DNA of 64,000 nt from Dehalococcoidia bacterium (GCA_963663235.2 CAXXNO010000004.1:288001-352000); one strand, 5' to 3'; numbered from the stretch's first letter, positions 27,121-39,699 are shown. Numbers and translations: made by a program. The notes: a model not told the origin generated them from the sequence alone.

Positions 27121-27232
27121 CCGCTGGCGGGCATCGGGCGTCCGGCCCTTCGAGGTTTCGGGCTTGGCGGGGATGTTGTCGTCGGGCGGAGGAATGCGTC
27201 AGTCCTTCCGCGGCTCTGTACGGCGGCCGCGG

Positions 27233-27979
27233 TCAGCGGGCCGCACGCAGGCTCCGGTGCAGCGTCTCCGCATGGGCCCGCGTCTCGACGACATCGGGCA
27301 GCGGCGCGAGCTTCCCGTCACCGTAGCGCCGCACGAGCGCTCGCTGAAGAACGCGGTCGGCGAGGCGCGGGTTCTTCGGCAAGAGGGCGCCGTGCAGATA
27401 GGTGCCGAAGGCGTTGCGGACCCGCGCGCCCTCGGTGCCGTCGCCACCGTTGTTGCCGAAGCCCGTCACCACTTCGGCGAGCGGCTCCACGCCCTCATTG
27501 AGGTAGGTGCGTCCGCCGTGATTCTCGAAACCGACGAGCGTCTCCCCGTCCCAGATCGCGACCACGTTTCCCACGCAGCGCTGAATCGCCGATCCGGGGT
27601 GGATCGAGACGGCGTCAAAGACCCCCGCACCCGGGATCACATCTCCGTCGCTATCGCGATAGGAGACGCCGAAGAGTTGATAGCCGCCACACACGGCCAG
27701 GATGACGCCGTCCGCGTCGCGATAGTCGCGGAGCGCCCCGGCCTTCGACTGGAGGTCGGCCGCGATCCGGCGCTGCTCGCGGTCCTGGCCGCCGCCGATG
27801 AACACGATGTCCGTGCGCTCCGGATCCCAGACGTCCCCGATGTGGATGGGGTCGACCTGCAGGTCGATGTCGCGGGCGGCGCAGCGCGCCCGCAAGGCCA
27901 TCACGTTGCCGCGATCGCCGTAGAGGTTCATCAACGACGGGTAGAGGTGGGCCAGCCGCAGCGAGCGCCCTGCCATCAT
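27233..27979 (-). CDS. gatD: Lipid II isoglutaminyl synthase glutaminase subunit (CobQ-like)
   Basis: HLYPSLMNLYGDRGN, GGGQDREQ, CGGYQL, GFENHGG and YLHGALLPKNP motifs. Confidence 0.92.
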   Translation of the reverse strand: MMAGRSLRLAHLYPSLMNLYGDRGNVMALRARCAARDIDLQVDPIHIGDVWDPERTDIVFIGGGQDREQRRIAADLQSKAGALRDYRDADGVILAVCGGYQLFGVSYRDSDGDVIPGAGVFDAVSIHPGSAIQRCVGNVVAIWDGETLVGFENHGGRTYLNEGVEPLAEVVTGFGNNGGDGTEGARVRNAFGTYLHGALLPKNPRLADRVLQRALVRRYGDGKLAPLPDVVETRAHAETLHRSLRAAR

Positions 27980-29358
27980 GCCCCCTCCCAGATCGGCGGC
28001 ACGCCGGCGCGCCGCCCCAGCCGCTCGCGGACCTCCAACATCGCGGTGTAGGTGGGCAACACGGTCAGCTCCGCGTCCGGCGGCAGCGTCTGCAGGGCGC
28101 GCTGGAGGGCCGCCTCGATGTCGCGCTCGACGGGCGCGTCGGCGCCGGGAAAGCCCGCGTACTGAAGGCGCAGGGCCATATCGGCCGCGCGCGCGCCCCC
28201 CACCACCACCGACTGCACGTACGGGGTGAGCGCCTCCCAGTCCGTATCCCAGATCCAGGAGACGTCCGTGCCATCGGCGACGCGATCGTTGAGCAGCACG
28301 AGCAGGTGGTGTCGGGCCCCCGGCGTGTGCAGCGTGCGCAGCGCCTCGTTGAGGCCGGCCGGATTTTTGCCCAGCAAGAGCCACACCGGACGCCCCTCCA
28401 CGACCAGCCGCTCTTGCCGGCCGAAGGCCGCGCGCGTGTGATTGAGGGCCTCGGCGGCGACATCCAAGTCGACGCCCAGCACCCGCGCGGCGGCGGCGGC
28501 GGCAAGCGCGTTGTAGACGTTGTAGAGCCCGCGCAGCGGCAGCCGCACGCGCGCCGTGCGTCCCTCGGCGGAGAGGTCAAAGGCAACGCCGTCGGCGGCG
28601 TCGCGGTCGACGGCGGTGGCGCGGACCTGCGGCGTGGGGCGCTGCAGGCTGCCATCCGCGCAGCGCCAGTGTCCGATGTGGGCGTAGAAGACGCGATCGT
28701 AGACGAAGTCCGCGCCGGTGGTCGGGTTCCAGCGCGCCTCGGCCGCGTGGTCGCTGACGCTGGGGAGGGGGTCGTCGACGCCGAAGAGGACGACGCGGCC
28801 GCGCGCCTCATCGGCCAGTGTCGCCACGGAGGGGTCGTCGGCGTTCAAGGCCAGCGCCGTCGCGGCGGGCAGGTCCCGGATGGTCCGCAGCCACTGGTCG
28901 CGGACGGCATCCACCTCGCCGTAGCGGTCCAGCTGGTCGCGCAGCAGGTTACCGATCACGAGCACACTGGGACGAGTGGCGGCCGTGGCCGCCGGCAGCG
29001 TGGCCTCGTCCACCTCAAACACGCCGGTGGCGGCGGCGGGCAGGCGGCCGTCGGCGCGCGTCGCTTCGATGAGCGTCGAGGCCAGCCCGCGCATCAAGTT
29101 GGAGCCCGCCCGGTTGTGCACCACGCGCCGACCGTCGGCCGCCAGGATGCCGGCCAGCATCCGGGCCGTGGTGGTCTTGCCGTTCGTGCCGGTGATCAGC
29201 GCGCTGCGGTCGAGCTGCGCGCCCAGGCGGCGCACGATGGCCGGATCGATCTTCTCGGCGATCAGGCCGGGCAGCGCGGTGCCACCGTGCCCCCCGCGTC
29301 GCGTCGCCGCGCGTGTGAGCTTGCCTGCCAGCACCGCCACCTGTGTGCGCGTCTCCAT
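27976..29358 (-). CDS. murT: Lipid II isoglutaminyl synthase Mur-ligase subunit
   Basis: GTALPG, TGTNGKTT, FEVDEA, RDQLDRYGE, KNPAG, DGTDVSWIWD and PTYTAM motifs; paired with gatD. Confidence 0.92.
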   Translation of the reverse strand: METRTQVAVLAGKLTRAATRRGGHGGTALPGLIAEKIDPAIVRRLGAQLDRSALITGTNGKTTTARMLAGILAADGRRVVHNRAGSNLMRGLASTLIEATRADGRLPAAATGVFEVDEATLPAATAATRPSVLVIGNLLRDQLDRYGEVDAVRDQWLRTIRDLPAATALALNADDPSVATLADEARGRVVLFGVDDPLPSVSDHAAEARWNPTTGADFVYDRVFYAHIGHWRCADGSLQRPTPQVRATAVDRDAADGVAFDLSAEGRTARVRLPLRGLYNVYNALAAAAAARVLGVDLDVAAEALNHTRAAFGRQERLVVEGRPVWLLLGKNPAGLNEALRTLHTPGARHHLLVLLNDRVADGTDVSWIWDTDWEALTPYVQSVVVGGARAADMALRLQYAGFPGADAPVERDIEAALQRALQTLPPDAELTVLPTYTAMLEVRERLGRRAGVPPIWEGA

Positions 29359-29364
29359 GCGGCG

Positions 29365-30522
29365 CTAACCAGCCGGGCGGGGCGCCCGCGGATTGCCGCG
29401 CAACGCCTGCGCCACCTGCTCCAGGCTCACGAGCCCGAGGAGGCGACCGTTCTCCACCACCGGCAACACGCCCACGCCTTCCTCCTGCAAGCGCACCAGA
29501 GCCTCGGCGCCGGAGGCGCTGGGCTCGATCGGCGAAGTGTTGTCGGCGGTGATCATGACATCCGCAACCGTCGCGTCGCGGAAACGATCGGGGGACAGGC
29601 GGCGGAGCATGTGGCCGGTGATGATGCCCACGACGACATCGTCGCGAACGGCGGTGTAGACGGCCGCGGGGTCGGCGGCGGCGGGGTCGGCGGCGATCCA
29701 GCGCAACTGCTTTCCGGCATCGAGGCTGCGGAGCTGCGTGGACATGAGTTCGCGCACCGTCAGGCCGCCGAGGTCGTGCTCCGCCTTCGCACCACGCAGC
29801 GTCTGGCTGGCGGCGTTGAAGAGGAAGCCGCCGATCAAGATCAGCCAGAGGCCGCGGAAGGCGCTCCTCTCCAGGCCGATCTCCTCCACGCCGACGAAGT
29901 TGAGCAGACCGAAGCCGGCCAGGGCCAAGGCGACGGCCTGGCCCAGCCGCGCCGCGCCGATGGTGGCGCGGAATCGGGATCGGGTGATGGCCCACAACGC
30001 GGATCGCACCACCCGGCCGCCGTCCAGGGGGTAGCCGGGGATCATGTTAAAGATCGCGAGGACGATGTTGATGAAGCCGAGCCACTCCAGCGCCACGTCC
30101 AGCGGGCCATTGCCCTCGCCCATCGCCCACCACACCCCGAGCAACGCCAGGCCGAGGACGGCGCTGGTCAACGGCCCAACGACGGCGATGAGAAACTCCT
30201 GGGACGCGCGCGTGGACTCCTGCGCGATCTGCGAGACGCCGCCCAAGATGAACAGCGTGATGCTGCGCACGGGGATGCCGTACAGACGCGCCACGATGCT
30301 ATGCGCCAACTCATGCAAGAGGATGGACGTGAAAAATAGGATCGCGGTGACGACCGACAGCGCCCAGGCCGTCACCTTGGAGGGCTCGGGGTCGATCACG
30401 TCGGGGAAGACCTGCGTCCCCAGAATCACCGTGAACAAGGCGAGGGAGATAAAGAACGAGAAGTCCAGGATGATGGGGATCCCGATAATTCGGGCAATGC
30501 GGACGCCGCCGATGGAACGCAC
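29365..30522 (-). CDS. Site-2 protease (M50) with CBS domains
   Basis: HELAH and NMIPGYPLDGG motifs; C-terminal CBS pair. Confidence 0.93.
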   Translation of the reverse strand: MRSIGGVRIARIIGIPIILDFSFFISLALFTVILGTQVFPDVIDPEPSKVTAWALSVVTAILFFTSILLHELAHSIVARLYGIPVRSITLFILGGVSQIAQESTRASQEFLIAVVGPLTSAVLGLALLGVWWAMGEGNGPLDVALEWLGFINIVLAIFNMIPGYPLDGGRVVRSALWAITRSRFRATIGAARLGQAVALALAGFGLLNFVGVEEIGLERSAFRGLWLILIGGFLFNAASQTLRGAKAEHDLGGLTVRELMSTQLRSLDAGKQLRWIAADPAAADPAAVYTAVRDDVVVGIITGHMLRRLSPDRFRDATVADVMITADNTSPIEPSASGAEALVRLQEEGVGVLPVVENGRLLGLVSLEQVAQALRGNPRAPRPAG

Positions 30523-30565
30523 CGATGGACCGCCTTCCGTGCGTTTATTGTAGGTGGTGGAGGGA

Positions 30566-30850
30566 TCAGCCGCCGGGATGAGCCCCGGGGATCGGATCAG
30601 GCATGAGGTGCAGCCATTCGGGTTTGAGCTGCACGAGGAACTCGCGCCGGCGATCGATCCCCAAGCGATAGTACGCGTAGGCGGGCAGTTCCAGACGCAA
30701 GGGCGGGGCCTCCGGAGCGTCCAGCACTAGCAGGTCAAGCCGGACGCTGTCCCGCGCCGGCTCCCGGCGCAGCGCGCGGCCGGCGAGCACGTTGGCGGTG
30801 GCCAGGAGCAGAGCCAGCGCGAGCGGCGCGGCGACGACGAACGCGCGCAC
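30566..30850 (-). CDS. Small hypothetical protein (N-terminal hydrophobic segment, TOBE-like end)
   Basis: Co-oriented 94-aa ORF, 3 nt downstream of the HAD gene. Confidence 0.5.
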   Translation of the reverse strand: MRAFVVAAPLALALLLATANVLAGRALRREPARDSVRLDLLVLDAPEAPPLRLELPAYAYYRLGIDRRREFLVQLKPEWLHLMPDPIPGAHPGG

Positions 30851-30853
30851 GAA

Positions 30854-31612
30854 TCACGCTTCAGGGTTGAGCAGGCCGCGCGCGTCGAGGGCCGGGATCA
30901 GCGCATCGACGCCGCCGAGGCGCAGGTCCGGCTGCACCCCGTCGATCGCCGCCGGGCCGACGAGCGCGGTGAGGCCCAAGCCGAACGCCTGCGCGCCCAC
31001 GATGTCGGTTTCCGGGGTGTCGCCGACGAACGCCGTCAGTTCCGGCGGCACGCCCAGCGCCGCCACCGCAGCCGCGAACATGCGCGCATCGGGCTTCCAA
31101 GCGCGGACCTCATCCGAGAAGATCAGCGCATCGAAATACCCGGTAATGCCCAAGCGCTCCAGCGTGCGCACCAGGACCGGGCCGGGGCTCAGACCGGTAT
31201 TCGAGACCAGTGCCAGCGCCACTCCGCGACGGCGGAGGGCGTGCAGCGTCTCGTCGGCGCCGGGGAGGAGCTCCGGCGGCACCCGCTCCGTGCCCCCGAG
31301 GATGGCCTCCGCGATCGCCGCGCGGGCCGGAGGCTCAAGGTCGCGCTTGGGCCGCAACGAGGGATCGAGGTGCTCGTAGAAGAGCGCCAAGCGCTCGTCC
31401 GCGCCGAGATCATCGTTGCGCTGATGCACCGCGACGAGCGCATCGATTGTGTTCTGGATCGCGCCGGCGATCGCTTCCGGCGGCGCGGGCCGGCCGGCGG
31501 CCTCAAGCGCGCGCTCGACGGCGCGGGCGCGATCGGCGGCGCGCTCCTCGCCGCGGCCCGGGGGGTCGGCGACGAGGGTTTCCCAGAGGTCAAAGCAGAC
31601 GGCGCGCAGCAC
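30854..31612 (-). CDS. HAD-superfamily hydrolase
   Basis: FDLWETL, VSN, KPD and VGDTPETD motifs. Confidence 0.92.
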   Translation of the reverse strand: MLRAVCFDLWETLVADPPGRGEERAADRARAVERALEAAGRPAPPEAIAGAIQNTIDALVAVHQRNDDLGADERLALFYEHLDPSLRPKRDLEPPARAAIAEAILGGTERVPPELLPGADETLHALRRRGVALALVSNTGLSPGPVLVRTLERLGITGYFDALIFSDEVRAWKPDARMFAAAVAALGVPPELTAFVGDTPETDIVGAQAFGLGLTALVGPAAIDGVQPDLRLGGVDALIPALDARGLLNPEA

Positions 31613-31657
31613 AGGCGATCACCGGAGGGACCATCGCAGCGGAGCCGTAGAACTTAG

Positions 31658-31683
31658 ACAGCCCGTCGCTCACGACGGGCTGT
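31658..31683 (-). terminator. Perfect 11-bp hairpin downstream of tatA
   Basis: ACAGCCCGTCG-CTCA-CGACGGGCTGT; weak U-tract. Confidence 0.5.
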
Positions 31684-31728
31684 GTTGTGACCGTGCGGCA
31701 GATCGGAGCCGAAAGGGCAGAGCGCGGG

Positions 31729-31962
31729 CTAGGCCTGCCCCTGTGTGGATTCGTCACTGGACGACGCTTGCACACTGGCCTGGCCAGCCTGTTCCGCGTC
31801 CTCCGCCTCTTGGTCGGTCGGCTTTTTCGCTTCCGAGCGGAACTCGCGCACGCTGGTACCCAGCGCCTTGCCCACTCCGGTCAGGCGGCCCGCGCCGAAT
31901 ACCAGAATGATCGCAACGATGATTAAGCCAATCTCCCAGGGACCCAATCCTACGAGGACCAT
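31729..31962 (-). CDS. tatA: Twin-arginine translocase TatA/E
   Basis: GLGPWEIGLIIVAIILVFGAGRL...LGTSVREFR. Confidence 0.93.
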   Translation of the reverse strand: MVLVGLGPWEIGLIIVAIILVFGAGRLTGVGKALGTSVREFRSEAKKPTDQEAEDAEQAGQASVQASSSDESTQGQA

Positions 31963-32058
31963 ACGTCACTCCAACTCCCAGCCCAGTGATCCCGCGCTCT
32001 CGGATCACCCCGCCAGTTCACCGGGTCGGTTATGCCACTGTAGCACGCGGCGGCGGCG

Positions 32059-32385
32059 CTATGGCCGGCCCGGACTCAGCCGCTCGACGAAGACGCGCAT
32101 GATGCCGCCGCAGATCTTGTCTTCGCCATCGGTGGGCTCGGTCAGATCGACGGTGACGATACGAGGCCGGCCGTCCTCCATGGCCGCCATGGCCTCTTGC
32201 CAGACCTCGGCCTCGCCGCAGCCGCCGCCGATAGTGCCGACGAACGAGCCGTCCTCGCGTACCACCATCTTCGCCCCCGTGCCCCGAGGCGTGCTGCCCA
32301 GCGTCTGCGCCACCGTGGCCACCACCAGCGGCTTCGACGCCGCCAGCGCTTCGCTCACCGCTTCGTAGACATCGTCCTGGGCCAT
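32059..32385 (-). CDS. XdhC/CoxI-family domain protein
   Basis: GSTPR, GTIGGGCGE and ICGG motifs. Confidence 0.9.
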   Translation of the reverse strand: MAQDDVYEAVSEALAASKPLVVATVAQTLGSTPRGTGAKMVVREDGSFVGTIGGGCGEAEVWQEAMAAMEDGRPRIVTVDLTEPTDGEDKICGGIMRVFVERLSPGRP

Positions 32386-32462
32386 GCCCACACTCCGGAT
32401 CTCCGGCCGTGCGCCGGGGGCATTGAGAGTGTACGGCCTCCGCCACCGGCCTCGCCAGCGCG

Positions 32463-33320
32463 CTAACGGGGAGCCTCCTGGACGAGGCGCAAGCCGTGGT
32501 CGGAAAGCGGCCGCGCCGCGCCCCCCCGCCGCACCAGCACGATCTCCGCCAGCACGGCCAGGGCGATCTCCTCGGGTGTCTCCGCGCCGATATCAAGGCC
32601 GATCGGGGTGAACACGCGCGAGAGCGCCTCCGCGTCGAAGCCGTCGCGGCGCAGGTGCTCCAGGACCGTGCGCGTGCGGCGCTTGCTGCCGATCATGCCC
32701 ACGTAGGCGGCGCCCCACTGGACCACGTGGCGAAGGCTGATCTCGTCCTGCTTGTGGCCGCGGGAGACCAGCACCACGAAAGTGTTGCCCGTGACGGGAA
32801 AGCGGTCCAGCTCCTCGTCGACGTCACCGCAGATCACGCGGTCGGCGAAGGGGAAGCGCTCCGGCGCGGCGTACTCCTCGCGGTCGTCGAGCACGACCAC
32901 GCTCATGCCCAGCAGCGCCCCGAACTGCCCCATCGCGCGGCCCACGTGGCCGCCCCCCACGACCAGCAACACCGGCTGCGGCTCCACCACCTCCAGCAGC
33001 ACCTCCACGACGGCCGACTCCGTCTCGACGGCGCGCCGTCCTGCCAGCCGTCTACCGTCCGCGGCGAAGGCCAGCGTCTCGACGGCATGCCGCGGGATGG
33101 CCTTCCGCGCCGCCTCCACGACGGCCGCGTCCAAGGGGCCGCCGTCCAGACGGCCGCGCGTCCGGCCGTCTGGATAGACGAGCAGCTTGCTCCCGACCGA
33201 TACGGGGCCGTCGTCGGGTGCGGAGATCGTGGTGCACGCGACGAGAGGCGGTCCTTCGCGGCCGGCGCGCAGCATCTCGCGGGCGGCGGTGGCGTTGTCG
33301 AGGGCGCTATCAGCCGTCAT
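32463..33320 (-). CDS. XdhC/CoxF-family molybdoenzyme accessory protein (Rossmann domain)
   Basis: GGGHVG, DDREEYA, YVGMIGS and PIGLDIGAETPEEIA motifs. Confidence 0.92.
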   Translation of the reverse strand: MTADSALDNATAAREMLRAGREGPPLVACTTISAPDDGPVSVGSKLLVYPDGRTRGRLDGGPLDAAVVEAARKAIPRHAVETLAFAADGRRLAGRRAVETESAVVEVLLEVVEPQPVLLVVGGGHVGRAMGQFGALLGMSVVVLDDREEYAAPERFPFADRVICGDVDEELDRFPVTGNTFVVLVSRGHKQDEISLRHVVQWGAAYVGMIGSKRRTRTVLEHLRRDGFDAEALSRVFTPIGLDIGAETPEEIALAVLAEIVLVRRGGAARPLSDHGLRLVQEAPR

Positions 33321-33367
33321 GCTGCGAGCAGCATAGCGCTCCGCTCCCGCACGCCGCGGAGAGACTC

Positions 33368-34459
33368 CTAGACGTTGAAGAGGATGTGGAGCACATCGCC
33401 GTCCTGGACGCGATAGTCGCGGCCCTCCGTGCGCAGAAGCGCGCGCTTCCGCGCCTCCGCTTCCGAGCCGGCGTCGATCATGTCCTGCCAGGAGATGATC
33501 TCGGCGCGGATAAAGCCCCGCTGTATGTCGCTGTGGACCTTGCCGGCGGCGTCCAGGGCGCTGCTGCCCTGGACGATGCTCCAGGCGCGGCTTTCGTCCT
33601 CGCTCAGCGTGAAGAACGAGATCAGGCCCAGAACGGCGTAGGAGAGGCGGACGGCCTGGGCCAGCGCGCCCTCCGTGGCGCCGACCTCGCGGCGGTAGGC
33701 GTCGGCCTCGTCCGGGGAGAGCGCACCGAGCTCGCGCTCGAGCGCCGCACAGACCGCGGCGGTGGCCGAGCCGGGCGGTTCGTCGTCGGGCCGGAAGTCG
33801 GCGGCGATGGCCTCCGCGCGGCCCGCGTCGGCCTCGTTGACGTTGACGACCGTGAGCAGCGCATGGTTCGTGAGGAAGCGATAGTGCCGCAGGCTCTTGC
33901 GCTCCTCGGCATCGAGCGACACCGCGCGCAGGGGCACGTTGCTCTCCAGCGGCGGGCGCAGCCGCTGGAGCAGCTCCACCTCACGCTCCGCCTGCGCCCG
34001 CTCACCAGGCTTCAGGGCTTTGCTTTCGGTCGCGATGCGCTGCAGCCGTGTCTCGATCAGCGCCAGGTCGGCGAAGGTCAACTCGAGCGCCATCGACTCG
34101 ATGTCGCGGGCGGCGTCGACGCTGCCGTGCGGGTGGGGGACGGAGTCGTCGTCGAAGGCGCGTACCACGTGGACGAGCGCATCCACGTTGCTCAGTTGCT
34201 GCAGGAAGCGCGGCGCGGGCCCTTTCCCGCCGCCGAAGCCGCCGCCGGGAAAGTCAATGTACTGAAGGTCGGCGGGAGTGGTCTTGCGGGACTTGAGCAG
34301 CGCGCTGAGACGGTCCAGGCGAACGTCCGGCACTTTCACCATGCCGATGTGGGGGTCGGTATGCGTAGCGAAGCCAACGGCGTGGTCGGCGCCGGTGACG
34401 GCATTGAAGAGGGAGGTCTTGCCGCTGCGCTCGAAGCCGATGATGCCGAGGTCAGGCAT
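33368..34459 (-). CDS. ychF: Redox-regulated ATPase YchF
   Basis: GKTSLFNAVT, VPDVRL, VVRAF, ISFFT, AGKVHSDIQRGFIRAE and EGRDYRVQDGD motifs. Confidence 0.93.
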   Translation of the reverse strand: MPDLGIIGFERSGKTSLFNAVTGADHAVGFATHTDPHIGMVKVPDVRLDRLSALLKSRKTTPADLQYIDFPGGGFGGGKGPAPRFLQQLSNVDALVHVVRAFDDDSVPHPHGSVDAARDIESMALELTFADLALIETRLQRIATESKALKPGERAQAEREVELLQRLRPPLESNVPLRAVSLDAEERKSLRHYRFLTNHALLTVVNVNEADAGRAEAIAADFRPDDEPPGSATAAVCAALERELGALSPDEADAYRREVGATEGALAQAVRLSYAVLGLISFFTLSEDESRAWSIVQGSSALDAAGKVHSDIQRGFIRAEIISWQDMIDAGSEAEARKRALLRTEGRDYRVQDGDVLHILFNV

Positions 34460-34570
34460 GGGGGGTCTCGGAGGGCCGCGCGAAGCGACCGCCGGCCGTG
34501 CGTTGGAGGGTGAGCATCTCAACCGCGCCGCCGCGGGCTCGGAGGGCGTAGACGCGGACGAGGTTCGATC

Positions 34571-35308
34571 TCAGGCGGGGCACGGGTCGCTCCAGTCGAT
34601 AGCCGCTGGCGCCGCGGCGGCGGCCGGGCGGAGGCCGACCTCGGCCCGGCCGGTGGGACAGAGATCGAGGAGGGGACAGTCGGGGCAGCGAGGGCGCTTG
34701 CGACATGTTCGCTTCGCGTGTGTCACCAACAGGGCGTGGTACTCCGCGTAGAGCGCCGTATCGCCCGGAAGCGCGGCCATGAAGAGGGCGCGCAGCTCCT
34801 CGTACCTGGGCTCGTGCCGGACCCAGTCGAGCCGATCCAGGATGCGACGCGTATAAGCATCGACCATGAAGGTCGGCTGACGAGCGGCGAAGAGGCAGAC
34901 AGAATCCGCCGTCTCCGGCCCGAAGCCGTGCGTGGCCAGCAGCAGCGGGCGCAACTCCGGCAACGGCTTCGCCAGCAGGACGTGGACATCGCCGTCTCCC
35001 TCCTCCGCCACCAACTGGGCGAACGCCTTCAACTTGCGGGCCTTGCTCTTGTAGTAGCCGGAGGGCCGGATCAACTCGGCCAGCTCCGCCTCGGGCGTGT
35101 GCAGGATCTCCGCTACGTCCAGCTTGCCCCGATCGATCAGCGCGTCCAGCGCGCGGCGGGCGCTGGTCCAGGCCGTGTTCTGGACGAGGAGGGCGCCGAT
35201 GATCATCTCCAACTCGGTGCCCGCCGGCCACCAGCGCTGCGGGCCGTAGTGCGAGCGCAGCCGACGGTACAGCCGGCGCAGATCCGCCGCCGAGACGGTG
35301 TCGGGCAC
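34571..35308 (-). CDS. HhH-GPD endonuclease III-like DNA glycosylase
   Basis: WWP, GALLVQNTAW, GPETAD, VDAYTRR and C-x6-C-x2-C-x5-C motifs. Confidence 0.9.
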   Translation of the reverse strand: MPDTVSAADLRRLYRRLRSHYGPQRWWPAGTELEMIIGALLVQNTAWTSARRALDALIDRGKLDVAEILHTPEAELAELIRPSGYYKSKARKLKAFAQLVAEEGDGDVHVLLAKPLPELRPLLLATHGFGPETADSVCLFAARQPTFMVDAYTRRILDRLDWVRHEPRYEELRALFMAALPGDTALYAEYHALLVTHAKRTCRKRPRCPDCPLLDLCPTGRAEVGLRPAAAAAPAAIDWSDPCPA

Positions 35309-35319
35309 GGCGGCGGCGG

Positions 35320-37907
<2,588 letters not shown>

Positions 37908-37928
37908 CGCCCGCCGGGGCGTCCTCTC

Positions 37929-38363
37929 ATGCCGCACCTGTTCGTCGAGAGCGACGCCGCCGAGCCCGGGCCGTTCCACTTCACGCGCGACGCGGAAGAT
38001 CTCCTGGCGCTGCTGTCTTTCGGCGTGGCTGAGCCGTTCGGGTCCATGCACCCGCTGACCCAACTGGTGCGTCGCCTGCGACGGGAGCGGGGCCTGGACC
38101 TGACGCCGCTGCTCACCTTCTACGATCGCAACGTGGAGGATGCGGCGGATGCCGCCAACCTGGAGGCCGCCTGGCAAGACGCGGCCGCCCTGCGCGAGTG
38201 CGTGGTAGCCGTGCGGGCGGCGCTGGCCGAGGACGCCGAGGCGGTCCCGCTCACGGCGGACTTCCCCGCGATCCCACCGCTGCTGGGCGAACTGGAAGGG
38301 ATGGCCGCCTGGGCGGCGGAACGCGAGGCGCGCATCCGGATTTCGTTCTCGTTGGACTCGTGA
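37929..38363 (+). CDS. Hypothetical protein
   Basis: 144-aa ORF with coding-like bias, between gyrB and a methyltransferase gene whose start overlaps its stop. Confidence 0.65.
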   Translation: MPHLFVESDAAEPGPFHFTRDAEDLLALLSFGVAEPFGSMHPLTQLVRRLRRERGLDLTPLLTFYDRNVEDAADAANLEAAWQDAAALRECVVAVRAALAEDAEAVPLTADFPAIPPLLGELEGMAAWAAEREARIRISFSLDS

Positions 38364-39094
38364 CGCGCCGGGGTGAGATCGTGACGAGGCCGGCACACGA
38401 CCCACACCAACCGCCACCGCTTACCTGGCGTGAGGCCGTGCCCCCCGCGCTGCGACGCTGGTGGCAGGGCATGCCGCGCCTGGCGCTGGAGAACACGGGC
38501 GCGCTGCTCCTGCCGTCGCTGCTGCCGCTCCGCCCCGGTGATCGGGTGCTGGAGGTGGGCTGCGGCCGCGGGGCGCTGTCGGCGTTGCTGGCCGCGCGCG
38601 TGCCGTTCCGCACACCGCCCCTCGGGATCGACGGCGACGGGTCGCTTCTGCGGCCGCACGCCCCGCGCGCGAAGGTGCGGCTGATCCAGGCGGAAGCGTG
38701 GGCGCTGCCGTTTCGCGACCGGCAGTTCACCGTGCTGCTGGCCGGGCACCAGATTCGCGCCTGGGATGATGGCCATCTATCCCGCTTCTTGGCAGAGGCG
38801 TGGCGGACACTGACGCACAACGGCGTCCTGGTGCTCTGGGAGGTGGCGCCGTCGCGGTCGGCGGCGGTGAACCGGATCTGGAGTCGCCTGCTTTCGCCGC
38901 CGGGACTGCGCGCGCAGCTGCGGCCCTTCGCGGAGATCGGGCGGCTGGGGCGTGACGCCGGCTTTGCCTGGATCCAGACGCTGCGCGTGCAGCCGATGCT
39001 GTGGCCGCCTGGTCCTCGCGTCGCGGTGTTAATGCGCAAGGAGTACTACGACGCGAAGACCGTGGACCTCGGGCCCGGCGAGACGCCGGACTAG
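38360..39094 (+). CDS. Class I SAM-dependent methyltransferase
   Basis: VLEVGCGRG and LPF motifs; GTGA start/stop overlap. Confidence 0.8.
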   Translation: MTRRGEIVTRPAHDPHQPPPLTWREAVPPALRRWWQGMPRLALENTGALLLPSLLPLRPGDRVLEVGCGRGALSALLAARVPFRTPPLGIDGDGSLLRPHAPRAKVRLIQAEAWALPFRDRQFTVLLAGHQIRAWDDGHLSRFLAEAWRTLTHNGVLVLWEVAPSRSAAVNRIWSRLLSPPGLRAQLRPFAEIGRLGRDAGFAWIQTLRVQPMLWPPGPRVAVLMRKEYYDAKTVDLGPGETPD

Positions 39095-39699
39095 CCGGCG
39101 CTCCGGTACAACCCCTGCGCGCGGATGTATGCCAGGACGGCGGGCGGGACGATGTCCTCTACCGACTCTCCCGCCGCGAGACGGGTGCGGATAGCGTGGG
39201 CGCTGATGTCGCACGCTTTCATGGGGACCCAATCGACGGCAGCAGCCAAGCCAGGGAGTAGAAGGTCTAATCGCTCACTGCTGAGTGCGTGGTGTGGGCG
39301 CATGACAACGGCGAGGCGCGTCAGGCCAATCAGCCGCTGAGGCTCGCGCCAGTTGGGCAGATCCTCCAGCGTGTCGCTGCCCATGATGAACCAGAGGGTA
39401 TCGCCGCCTTGCGCGCGCAGCGCCTCCAGCGTGTCGACGGTGTAGGTGAGGCCGCCGCGGCGCACCTCGAGATCGGAGTCGGCGAAGCCCTCAATTCCCT
39501 CCAGGGCGCAGCGCACCATCGCCAGTCGCTGCATCGCCGGCGTGATCGAGCGGTCGCGCTTGCGCCAGGGATCGCCCGCAGGAATGAAGAGCACTCGATC
39601 AAGGCGGAGCGCGTCGCGGGCGGCCGTGGCGATGCGCAGATGCGCGGCGTGCAAGGGATCGAAGGTGCCGCCGAGCAGCCCCAGCCGCTCCTCCGTCAC
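39091..39699 (-). CDS. nadD: Nicotinate-nucleotide adenylyltransferase
   Basis: GGTFDPLHAAH, YTVDTL, FIMGSD and YIRAQGLY motifs. Confidence 0.95.
   Translation of the reverse strand: MTEERLGLLGGTFDPLHAAHLRIATAARDALRLDRVLFIPAGDPWRKRDRSITPAMQRLAMVRCALEGIEGFADSDLEVRRGGLTYTVDTLEALRAQGGDTLWFIMGSDTLEDLPNWREPQRLIGLTRLAVVMRPHHALSSERLDLLLPGLAAAVDWVPMKACDISAHAIRTRLAAGESVEDIVPPAVLAYIRAQGLYRSAG

Noticed and set aside
32059-33320. Split XdhC as a novel system
   Set aside because: Two-gene XdhC/CoxI arrangements are common, and no molybdoenzyme structural genes are adjacent.
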